From the NCBI GenBank assembly GCA_028534125.1, contig CM052816.1, positions 13,704,001 through 13,768,000 of the forward strand: DNA of 64,000 nucleotides. The letters are read 5' to 3'. The notes below the pieces were generated by a model. It ran no database searches, had not been told where the DNA came from, and worked only from the letters and a program-made list of their open reading frames with translations. The stretch's first letter is position 1; each line of letters starts with the position of its first letter. Positions 13,192 through 22,960 of the stretch are shown here, in pieces. The position numbers and the translations under genes were made by a program. Source of the stretch: Lama glama (taxonomy: Eukaryota).

Positions 13192-13259
13192 GGGAAGAAC
13201 AGAACTTTCCGGCAGAGTCTCCGCCGCCGTGCTGGAGATATAATGGGTAAGTTTCTCAT
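13192..13259 (-). CDS. Candidate alternative first coding exon (MRNLPIISPARRRRLCRKVLFF..)
   Basis: gccgtcATG context, retained CpGs, phase-2 donor CC/gtgaga, non-repeat sequence. Confidence 0.25.
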
Positions 13260-13489
13260 GACGGCCACTCCTTTGTTTTCTCTTGCCCAGTAACTTAAAG
13301 GGAACCTAATCCCAGGCTTCTCGCCTCCAAACCTCATTACTTCATCTCAGGGACTCAGAGGGAAAACAGAAAGCTCAGAGGAGAAACATCGGAGACAGCA
13401 AGTTCCAGAGAAAGGGTTTTATACAAACCCTGCTTTGTTTTCCACATTTGTTCTGTACGAGATTTAAAGGGTGTTTGAAGGACAGGCAG

Positions 13490-13720
13490 CATGGAGGTAA
13501 GTCACCCAGGAAAAAGCACAGGACTTGAAATCTGAAAACCCTGAGCTCTGACCCTGGCCCACATGGGATACTTCCTATCTGACCCGGGGCAAGTTACAGC
13601 ATCTTCCTCCAGGTTCCACATCTGTAAAATGGGCACAATAACACTGCCATCACAGATCTGTTTTAAAGAAGAGATGGAATCATGTATATGAGATGCCTAA
13701 TATGGAATCTGACCCAAAGT
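13490..13720 (+). mobile_element. MIR
   Basis: tgacccggggcaagttac..catctgtaaaatgggcacaataacac. Confidence 0.8.
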
Positions 13721-14434
13721 TGTTATAAATTGGGAAAGAGGTAAGAAAAAAAATGAGCTATGAAGTCTCATTTACATATGTTCAGTTTCAAACATCTTCA
13801 AACTACTCTGTGGGAAGACTAAAGTTGGGGGGACCCTTACATTGTCTTCCCATCTTCACCCTTCTACGCAACCCAGGGACAACGTCTATGAAAACAAATG
13901 CCTTCTAGATGTGTCAAAATACCCACTGACGCCAAGGAAGACCATGGTGATTACTTCAGACTGGGTACGTAAGAGATTCGGTAGCATCTGAGACCCAAGA
14001 CGGAGCAAAGAGAAAGGGCAGCCTGATAAACGCACCCAGGGGAGGGCATCCAGCTCCTGCCTTACAGATTGCATTGAATTCCAGTATTGAAAGAAAGGGA
14101 AATTTCTTTAACGTTGTAAATGACTTTCAGGACCAGTTCATCACAGAGGAAAATGCTATCAGGCTTGAAGGAACCCAGCACCTCTCCACAGGGGAAGCAC
14201 AAATCCTAGATTCAGGGAGAAGCCAAAACCCCAGAGAGAGGTCGTTAACCGAGTGAGGCAGCGACCCGGGCACAGCCAGTTCAGAGCCCCCATGACTTCA
14301 CCACCGGCCAGGGTGCCTGGCCCTGGAATGAAACAACGGAGGAGGGTGGGGTCTGTGGAACAGGGTCAGATATCCTGCCTTGGCTCTCTAACAATCCAGA
14401 CCTCATGTCAACGTGTGCAAGGATTCCGCTCCTG

Positions 14435-14665
14435 AGAGGAGCGGGCACAGGTACCAAGGCGCTGGACTGAGACGGCGGGGGATTAAATCCTGGCTCTGCC
14501 ACGAATGAGCTCTGGGCCTGGACTCTCTGGGCCTGGATTTCCTTGTGTGCAGAACAGGTAGAATAACAGAAGCAATCTCCGTGAGTGCTGGGCGGACTGT
14601 GCGAGTTAGTACGAATAAAGAGCCTCGATCACAGCAAGTGCTCCATTAAATGGAAGCTACTATTG
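14435..14665 (+). mobile_element. MIR
   Basis: ggattaaatcctggctctgccac..caagtgctccattaaatggaagctactatt. Confidence 0.75.
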
Positions 14666-15570
14666 CCTACTCATTGTGATATTAGCCATCCACTACTGAG
14701 CTTTCCTTATGTACTAAGTTCTAACCAGAGGTTGCCTACTTCAGGCCCCCGCCCCCACTAAGCCCCATGAGTCAATGAATGTAAAGCACTAAGTTCAACG
14801 CCCTCCCTGAACAGAGAAAATGCTCAGTGAAGGGAACCCACCCTATCATTACCAAATCAAACCCCAAACACCCCTCACTCAGTTCTGAAAGGACACCTGG
14901 GTAAAAACAATTCAAAGAAAATCACCCATTGGGCATCTGTTTGGTAATACGCAGATCAGGTATTTCGGATAGTCAGGGCCTCTCCTTGTATCGCATAGCA
15001 TCAACGTCACCTTGAGTAGTTCATTTTAATACAGATTCCAGGACCCAGGAGTTAAATGAATAAAGCCTCCTGAATACTCTGACGCTGGGAGTCTACGGCC
15101 AGAAGAAACGAGATGGGGTCTCTATACCATCAATTCTACCTGTGATGTTTCAAGGCACAATGTGCTTTGAGAATACCTCTTTCAACTCCAGAAGAGGTTT
15201 CGTGTTGGTAAAGCATTAGCTTTATATCACTTCACGGATAAGCAGAGGCCACCTCAACAATGAAAGAAATACCAAGAAAAGAAAAAGATGTGGTTAAGCT
15301 CAAACTTGGTTCAAAAAGGAAAAAAAAACTCAATCCCTAAAAGCAATTCTATTTCTAATCTAATCCTTTCATATCAGAGGAAGATCAAATTGATCCCCCA
15401 CCTGCCCCTGGCTACTCTGCTCTGACAGGTGGCAGTATTCACACAGGGACCGGGTGCAACAGAGCCTCAATACTGTAAATAAAGTTCTGCATTAACAATA
15501 ATCTTAGTTCGCACAGTAGTAATATCACCCTTCAGGTGGCATGACACACTGTTTATCAGCTACAAATCTG

Positions 15571-15659
15571 TTTTTCTTTAACGGAGGTACTGGGGATTGA
15601 GCCCCGGACCTTGTGCATGCTAAGCACACCCTCTACCCCTGCACTATATCCCCTCCTCC
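15571..15659 (-). mobile_element. tRNA-derived SINE, camelid Vic-1-like (short form)
   Basis: Homologous to the copy at 6151 (ggtactggggattgagccccggacc); TSD ctacaaatct / ctacgaatct. Confidence 0.8.
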
Positions 15660-15689
15660 CTACGAATCTTTTGATGCGAGCTTCTCTGC

Positions 15690-16066
15690 AGTGTGCCTTT
15701 GCTGTTCCTCTCATCCAGAGGTGGAATCCACTCCCTTGAATCGGGGCTGGCCTTGTGCGTTGCTTTGGCCCGCAGAATGTGGCGGAACTGATGCTGTGTG
15801 AATTCCAAAGCCTAGGCCTCTGGAGGACCTGAAGCTCCCACCCCTGCCCTCTTGGAACACTGTCTGGAGACTGTCATTCCACGACGAAGCCCACGATGAA
15901 AGATCACGTGGGGACAGGCCAAGCGTCCAGCCAAACGCAGCTGCACAGGTGAGCCCAGCGGAGAGGCACCCAGCCACAGCACTGAGTTGCCGGAATAGAC
16001 GGTGTTGTCACCTGCAGTCTCACAGGTCTGGGGTGACCTGTCACACAGCAAGAGACAAGGGATACA
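15690..16066 (+). mobile_element. MaLR LTR fragment (MLT1H/I/J-like)
   Basis: cccttgaatcggggctggccttgtg..gctttggcccgcagaatgtggcggaa core; 3' end tgtcacacagcaagagacaagggataca. Confidence 0.75.
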
Positions 16067-16134
16067 GGTAAATTAACTGGAGTTTATTCAATTTTTCCAA
16101 TGAGTTTCCAAAACAATTTCAAACCTCTCAACCT

Positions 16135-16360
16135 CAAGAGCAGGCAAAGTCTAGGCTGCTGGAGCTCGGGAATAGTGGTTTCCATGGGAGACGAGGGGTG
16201 GGGTGGAGCTAAGGGGGCTTCATAGGACGCTGATCGTTTTATTTCTTGGCCTGAGTAGTGACTACATGATTGCAGTCACTGTCTGATAATTCTCAAACTT
16301 AACAATTCTGAGCTGCGTACTTTCCTGGATATGTGCTAAACTGACATTTTTAATTTAAAA
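16135..16360 (+). mobile_element. Old L1M (L1MC/ME-like) 3' end
   Basis: atagtggtttccatggg..gggggcttc..ttttatttcttggcctgagtagtgactacatg. Confidence 0.65.
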
Positions 16361-16949
16361 TAAGCGTCTCTTGGCAAAATCTCTTTGACAAACAAAGGTA
16401 TGTGGCTAAAAAAAATAAATGATCATGCTCACAATTTTTTATCTGTTGATCAAAATCTCCTTAGAGAAGCCAATAACACACACAAGTCTAGTTTTAAAAA
16501 CTGAACATCACTTGTTAATTATGAGCGTGTTTCTTCCTTGCCAAAAATATGACCCATTTATATGAGTCTAAAAACATCCCCGGAATCTCAGGAAACTTTA
16601 TAATGCCTAGGTCGAGGTACTTAAGCGCTGGTTTGAAATTTTCATGTCATTTCAGAAAGACTGTGTAAGTCGCTTACAGAGTGAAGTGTCCTCAAGAGCT
16701 TCTGCGCTCACAGGTATGTCTCCCTTGGCAGGTCACACAACTAGCAAACATTTGGTCCTGCCCCAGACATCCACTGAGACATTTGGTCCACAGTGATCCA
16801 TGAGTATATTTGGTCCATGCCAAATGGTCCTCGAAATTCAGTCCTGCCAAAAACACCCATGCTTGGAAAATGTCCCTGGATTCAAATAGCCTATGTTTGT
16901 TTACTGTTACGTTTACAGAATTAATACATAAAGAAAAATCCTACCATGT

Positions 16950-17617
16950 TTTATTGGTCCAGTAATTGTATCGAGGCTTTCTTGCCAATATTAACCCTTC
17001 TAGCCTCAGCAGTCTAGCTAGTAATGGCTCGTGGATTTAGGCAGATGGGTCAGGATTGGACTTCTGTAAGAGCGCAAGATTTATATTAACTATGTATACC
17101 CAGGAAGAATCCTACAGTTAGAGAAATGCACAGAGGGCAACAAGTTGAAGATGGAATCTCGCCATGCATGGTGCATTAATATGTCACTGGACACTTGGTC
17201 AGATGTGGCTGGGTCATTCAATAAGGGCAGAGTTTGAAAGGAGGAGCTTGGGCAAGGAGTGAGTGTTATGTTAAGACTTTACAAAGCATCTTGCTTGTAC
17301 AGGAGGAGTGAGAACAGGTGTGGCTCTCCTACCACACAGATACCTGGTGTAAGAGCGACCATGAGGGGAACACCAGGCATCTAATTAACCTCCATACAAC
17401 TATCCCATCACCCTCAGTTAATGGGCACTGTTTCCCTTGAATCAACATCCTATAGAGACATGATCACAGTAGCCTGCAAAAGTGTCTGCCACTATTTGAA
17501 GAAGTTTTAGTGGGTATGACTCCCACATTTACCTGTCCATTAACAGGGACCACAACACCCTCCATGAGTGCCTACAACTGACTGACTCAGCCCAGCCAAG
17601 TCAGGCGTTGAATCCAT
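16950..17617 (-). pseudogene. Putative decayed passenger gene of the transposon, resembling a vertnin-type OTU cysteine-protease domain
   Basis: Minus-strand fragments in collinear order: LQIVADTFA; PLTEGDG..WR.I..LVF (GDG at 17404-17412); LNDPATSDQVSSDI; QLVALCAFL/NCRI (17121-17147); ILRSY; IQL-WT (16953-16971). These parallel recalled vertnin motifs DSVAL, PLVCKGEG, PPATLEAIFDADV, HLYALASVLQRNI, KIRPY, LHIMW. Several frameshifts are needed and the alignment is by eye. Confidence 0.5.
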
Positions 17618-17712
17618 CAGACATTAATAAGGTTTCCTCTATCAGTAAACCAGCGACCACTGGTCAGACAGCTGCAGAAGAAAAAATAACCCTTCTCCTG
17701 TTGCTTGCCAGC

Positions 17713-19647
17713 ATGACCTTTTCATTGAAAATTCTCACTAGAATATCACAGAAAGAGCAGAATTTCACAGTAGAAAAGCCAATGCTGCATTAGAATGTTT
17801 TTTGTTATTATTTCCATCTTCTTAACAGAGACGGGAGTGAAAGGTACAGGCACTGTGGAGACAGGAGAATCTGCCCGACATGCAACTAGTCCTGACTTGG
17901 ATTACAGGACAATCATTCGAGACGGACAGGAAAACATCAGCAAAATGTTGGTGTTGAAAGTTAGGAAGGAAAACCCTGAATAGGTTAAAATGGCATGTAG
18001 ACGAACCAAATGCAACAGCATAGCAGGTACTTCAAAGCACTCTCCATGACATCATGATGAAGAGGTCCTATTCTTGCTACCAGAAAGAAGCTCACTGACA
18101 AGACAAGCAAAAAGAAATCAAAGCAGACTTCAACCTCCAAACGCAACTTCATTGCATGGAACTGAAACTCCAGAGAAGCATAAAGTGACCAGACACAGAA
18201 AATCATTTCTTATGCATGATGTCTGTGCTCAAGATGACAAAAGAATTCTTAGTTACACAACTGATGACAATGTTGGGTATTTAGGTGCCAGGACCATATC
18301 ACACACCTTCAAGGTGGCACCAACACAGTTCACTCAGTTATTCACTGTACAGGGTGTAGTACTGGGTTATACGATGCCATGGATTTAGGCACTAACAATG
18401 AAGAGGTGAGAAGACACTTAGAGTTACACACAAGAAAGTACCTACATTTGCAAGGGAAAGAAATCTCAACATTAGCCCTTCATCACGCATGATGGATTTC
18501 AAGACTGCACTTACGAATGCAATTAGACTACTCCTACCAAATGCACATGTGAGAAGATGCCTGTTTCACTTTTCACAATCACTGTGGCAAAAAATATCTT
18601 CTTTGGGTCTAACACGTGAGCACATAACAGAAAGTAACACCCGTAAGTGTGCAACCATGTTGTTCGGACTTCCATTTGTGCCTTTGGAAGACGTAAATGA
18701 AACTTCAAAGCACATTGTAGAGAATGCAGAAGAAAACTTAGATGACTTAATGGACTATGTTGAGAAAATGTATGCCCATGGAAGGCATGGCAGAAGATGA
18801 CCAGAAGCTCCAAGATTTCCATCAGAAACTTGGAATGTTTATACATCGGTGCTGAATGGCGATCACAGGATGAACAATGCACTGGAAGGCTGGCTTAGCC
18901 AATTCCAAAAGCTGAGGGTATTTTCATCTTAAAAGAAAAGGTAATAGGCCATTTTGTGGGAGCCCGTTTCTGCTGTCCTGAGCTGGGAGTGGGGGAAGGG
19001 AGAGGGTGGAATTCTGTAGAAGAAGATGGCATCTTTGCTTTAAATTGCTCTCGTTACTGGGAGACGGAAAACCAAGAGGGAGTTCCCTGCACATTTTTTG
19101 TAATACTTTTTAATGTTTCTCAAGCTGGAACAGGGTTCCTCAGGCCGGATGAGTTTTTAAAGACAATCCTTTACCACTGTCATTTTGGCTGACTGCTTAT
19201 TAAGTGCATTTGACAGCTGGAAAACATTCCTAATTGGCTTTGTCTCCTTTTTACACTGCCTTCCCCCTTCCTAGTTATTGAAAAAGAAGCATTTTAGTAT
19301 CAGGTTAGAAATTCAATTGCTGAATCTGAGTTTTTTTAAAGTGTATCTTTTAAATTAAAAACTCCAAATGTTTTTTAAAAAGCTGATGGCAGTGCATCAT
19401 CCTTCAATTTGTAAATTTATTAACATGTTAAAAGACAAACAGGAAAGCAGTGAACAAGTTATTACCCAGGCTCTTGGTGGTCACACTCAAATACAGCCAA
19501 CAACTACATGATGTTCAGATTCATAATAGTGAAACTGTTTACACGTATAACACATATAAAACCAATAATCAGGTCAACATATACCTGAAAACAGTTGCTC
19601 ACTGACTTAAGAGTAACCCTGACAAACTTTACGATGAGGAAGAATAA
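17713..19647 (+). pseudogene. Decayed FLYWCH + MULE DDE transposase, with frameshifts, stops and an insertion
   Basis: Manual translation across frameshifts gives: FLYWCH-like CYYFHLLNRDGSERYRHCGDRRICP (~17800-17880); LPERSSLTR...FLMHD...DKRILSYTT...TFKVAPTQFTQLFTVQG (ORF 18074); MMDFKTALTNAI...RCLFHFSQSLWQKI..LGL (ORF 18489; second D and CxxH motif); in frame after a TGA, PRFPSETWNVY...RMNNALEGW (catalytic E); after the insert, KLMAVHHPSICKFINMLKD and YLKTVAH. The first catalytic D (DGTF motif) appears deleted. Confidence 0.92.
18916..19377 (+). pseudogene. 462-bp insertion, probable 5'-truncated retrocopy of an mRNA 3' UTR (L1-mediated)
   Basis: Exact 9-bp TSD aaaagctga (18907-18915, 19378-19386). 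ATTAAA at 19354-19359 lies ~20 nt before an A run. Removing the insert plus one TSD copy restores the frame EGWLSQFQKL|MAVHHPSI. Confidence 0.8.
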
Positions 19648-19944
19648 AATCAATATGAAACCCAAAATTCATTATAAATTACAATAAAAATAACATAATG
19701 AAAATTTTAAATGTTTGTATCATTTACAAATCATGAACCAAATGTCTCAATGGACATTTTGAACATTTTCAAGGACCTTTTGGCATGGACCAAATATCCT
19801 GTAAGGGTTCACACAGACTCCATAAGGCCACATCTCTTTCTCATCTCTCTGTCCCAATCACAGGATCCTAATGCCAAAGCTAAGCAGAGTCACTTGTTAA
19901 CACAGAAAGAACTGAACAAATGTCTGTGGTTGGCAGGACATCCC

Positions 19945-20240
19945 CAAAGAAATTGTCCATCAAGTTTTTTAATATAGCAGAAGTCAAAGAATGGAAACAT
20001 TCAATATTTAAAGTTAGGAAATTCGATAAGGAAATTATATTATATCCATAAAACGGAAATAGTACACAGACATTTAAAGTGACATTTAAAAAACAACATT
20101 AAAAGAAACAAGAAGTTCTCTCTTTGTGATAGGATTATGAACGCCTTTCTTCCTAATTTTTACAATTTTCTGTACTTTTCAAATTTTCTACAAGATGAGG
20201 GTATTCTTTACTTTTTACTTTTGCAATCAAAAGAAAAAAG
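19945..20240 (+). mobile_element. Old L1ME-like 3' fragment
   Basis: aattatattatatccataaaacggaaatagtacacagacatttaaa; ttttctgtacttttcaaattttctacaa. Confidence 0.6.
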
Positions 20241-20647
20241 TGAAAACTGGAAAAAATGTGCTGAACTGAAGATGATTAACATTATAATCTACTGCTCTTT
20301 TAGTATCCATTTATGACTTTATCCATCACTTACATTCCTTGCCTGGAATGATTACTTCAGCTGTTTACATATCTTGAACATCTTACCAGACTCAACTCCC
20401 ACTGAATCACAATAATCTATTTATCTTTCTTTCTTTCCCTCTAGGCTCTGAGCTCTTCAGTATCTTTGTAAACCCAATGCTCAACACAGTGTCTTGCTCA
20501 TAATGGGCATTCAGTATAATTTGACTGAAAGCTGCTGGATGTCACGGTAAGAATAAGAGGATTTACCTCAACTGCATGGCAGCAGGAGTCACGTATCCCT
20601 GCATGTCCCATGCCTGGGACACAAAAGATCTAAAATAAGTGTTTGTT

Positions 20648-21072
20648 ATTTCTGTTAGCTTGAGCTGCCATGACAAAATCCCATAGATGGCGTGGCTTAA
20701 ACAATAGATATTTATTTCTCACAGTTCTGGAGACTGAAAGTCTGAGATCAGGGTGCTGGCGTGATTGGGTTCTGGGGAGGACTCTCTTCCTGCCTTGCAG
20801 GCAGCCACCTCCTTGCTTTGCACTCACATGACCTCTTCCTTGTGCACGTGCACAGGGAGAGAGATGGAGGGAGGGAGAGAAGCAGAGAGAGAGAGTGCAT
20901 GTGCCCATGCATGTCTCTTCTAAGGACACTAATGCTGTCTAATTAATCCTACCCTTATGATCTCATTTAACTTAATTACCTCCTTACAGGCCCTATCAAA
21001 GTCACACTGGGGATAAAAGCTTCAATGTATAAATTGGGGGAGTGGGGGTGCTGCACATTTCAGTCTGTATCA
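20648..21072 (-). mobile_element. MaLR solo LTR (MLT1A/B-like)
   Basis: ggcttaaacaatagatatttatttctcacagttctggagactg..aagtctgagatcagggtg signature. Confidence 0.88.
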
Positions 21073-21269
21073 TTATTAAGTGAAAACTGACGTTTCACCT
21101 CACTAGTGGACCACTAAGGTAACACCAAGTATAGACTATTGCCTGAGACCAGAACAATGGCTGAAAAGCTTAATGCCATTTGTCAACTGATAAGGTGCAC
21201 CAAAGTCAGGTATAACATTTTGGTCTCTCTTCATAATGTCATGCACAACAGAAAGTCAATAAAGATTTT

Positions 21270-22165
21270 GGGGAAAAACAAAAGACCCCAAATAGCCAAA
21301 GCAATCTTGAGAAAGAAAAACAGAGCTGGAGGAACCACGGTCTCTAACTTCAGACTATAGTGCAAAGCTACAGTAATCAAAACAGTATACTATAGGCACA
21401 AAAACAGACACCTAGATCGATGGAACAGGATAGAGATCCCCAAAATAAACCCACACATGTATGGTCAATTAATCTATGACAGAGGAGGCAAGAATATACA
21501 CTGTTAGTAGGAATGTAAATTGGTGCAGCCACTGTGGAAAACAGTGTAGAGGTTCCTCAAAAAGCTAAAAATATAACTATCATATAACCCAGCAATCCCA
21601 CTCCTGGGTATATATTCAAAAAAACCAAAAACACTAATTCAAAAAGACACATGCACCCCAATATTCACAGCAGCATTATTTACAATTGCCAAGATACGAA
21701 AGCAACCTAAGTGTCCATATCAATAGATGAATGGATAAAGAAGATATGGTCTATAAAAACAATGGAATACTACCCAGCCATAAAAAAGAATGAAATTTTG
21801 CCGTTTGCAGCAACATGGATGGACTTGGAAGGCATTATGCTAAGTGAAATAAGTCAGACAGAGAAAAGCAAATACTGTATGTTATCACTTATATGTGAAA
21901 CCTAAAAAATACAACAAACGAGTGAATATAACCAAAAAGAAGCAGACTGACAGATAGAGAGAACTGGTAGTTACCAGAGAGGAGAGGGGAGTGAGGAGGG
22001 GCACTATACCCGTGGGGGGTGGTGGGAGATACAAACTGTTGCGTGTTAATAGGCTACAAGGATGTACTGTACAACACGGGAATATACCCAGTATTTTGTA
22101 ATAACTGTAAATGGAAAGTAACCTTTAAATTGTATACGTATTTTTTTAATTTTCAAAAAAGAAAT
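21270..22165 (+). mobile_element. 5'-truncated L1 (ORF2 C-terminus + 3' UTR) with an internal deletion
   Basis: ORF2 peptides KRPQIAKAILRKKNRAGG and DEWIKKIW..TMEYYPAIKKNEILPFAATWMDLEGIMLSEISQ; 3' UTR and A-rich tail; jump at ~21500. Confidence 0.95.
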
Positions 22166-22224
22166 GAAAGGATCTGGGCATGGACGTGATATATCCAAAT
22201 GATTTAGCACAATTAATCAGGATC

Positions 22225-22960
22225 AGTAAGTCTGGATCCAGACATAGAAACACAGGAGGTAAGAACTACTGTTAGAATTCATTGCAAGAGTCAGCGGAGC
22301 GCTGTGGGTGCTGCTCGTAGGAATACCTATGGTACTAGCAGTAGGGAGAGAGAGGAAGGAGCAGATGCAAGGGGTATCACCCAGGTCAGAGCCACAGAAA
22401 ATTGCTACCAAGTGAACACTGAGAGACACAGAAGAAAAAGCAACAAAGGCAGTTATAAGGGAAAGGGAGGAAGTGGGGAGAGGACAGTGGACCACCCAAA
22501 GACCTAGTAATGGCAGGAGGAGAATATGCTTTGGAGAAGGGGAGGGTGATTTGCATTTGAGATATGTTGAATCTGAGATGCCAGGAGACATCCAGGCAGA
22601 GATGCTAGTCAGTCAGTTGGAAATGGATGCATGGAAGCCCAGGAGAGAAGTCAGGCCAGAGGTGGGTACATGAACATTATCCATAGAAGTAAATAAAGAT
22701 GGCTAAGGATACGTAAATGAACTGAGCATCCTCTTCAGACAACAGAGAAAGAGACCAAAGAACTAAGGAAAGGAAACGAGGAAAGGCCAGAGAGGCAGGA
22801 AGAGAACACAGTGCCATGAGCCAGAAAAGAAATGTTTCCCAGGTTGGATGGAGTGTTCAGTACCAGCAGGAGCACACAGACATCAAATGGCTGAGACAGA
22901 GCATCTAGATCTGGCTCCTCTGTGATCAGTGGGACCCTTGGACAGGTTGTTTCAACAGGT
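22225..22960 (-). mobile_element. L2 fragment
   Basis: gagatatgttgaatctgagatgccaggagacatccaggcagagatg..cagttggaaatggatg..aggagagaagtcaggccagag. Confidence 0.75.

Larger units (their letters stand above)
16740..19806 (+). mobile_element. Fossil Mutator-superfamily (MULE/Phantom-like) DNA transposon, apparently near full length
   Basis: Candidate 9-bp TSD ggtcacaca (16731-16739) / gttcacaca (19807-19815), 8/9 match. Inverted termini are built from a(c/t)atttggtcc repeats (left 16748, 16779, 16806; right, inverted, 19735-19745 and 19787-19797). atatttggtccatgccaaa at 16806 is the reverse complement of 19779-19797. Internal decayed transposase. Confidence 0.85.

Noticed and set aside
17065..17357. 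Idea that the 5' interior of the MULE is a nested LTR (10-bp repeat tgtaagagcg at 17065 and 17348)
   Set aside because: No TG...CA pair with a TSD was found, and the collinear OTU-like peptide fragments explain the segment better. Not fully excluded.
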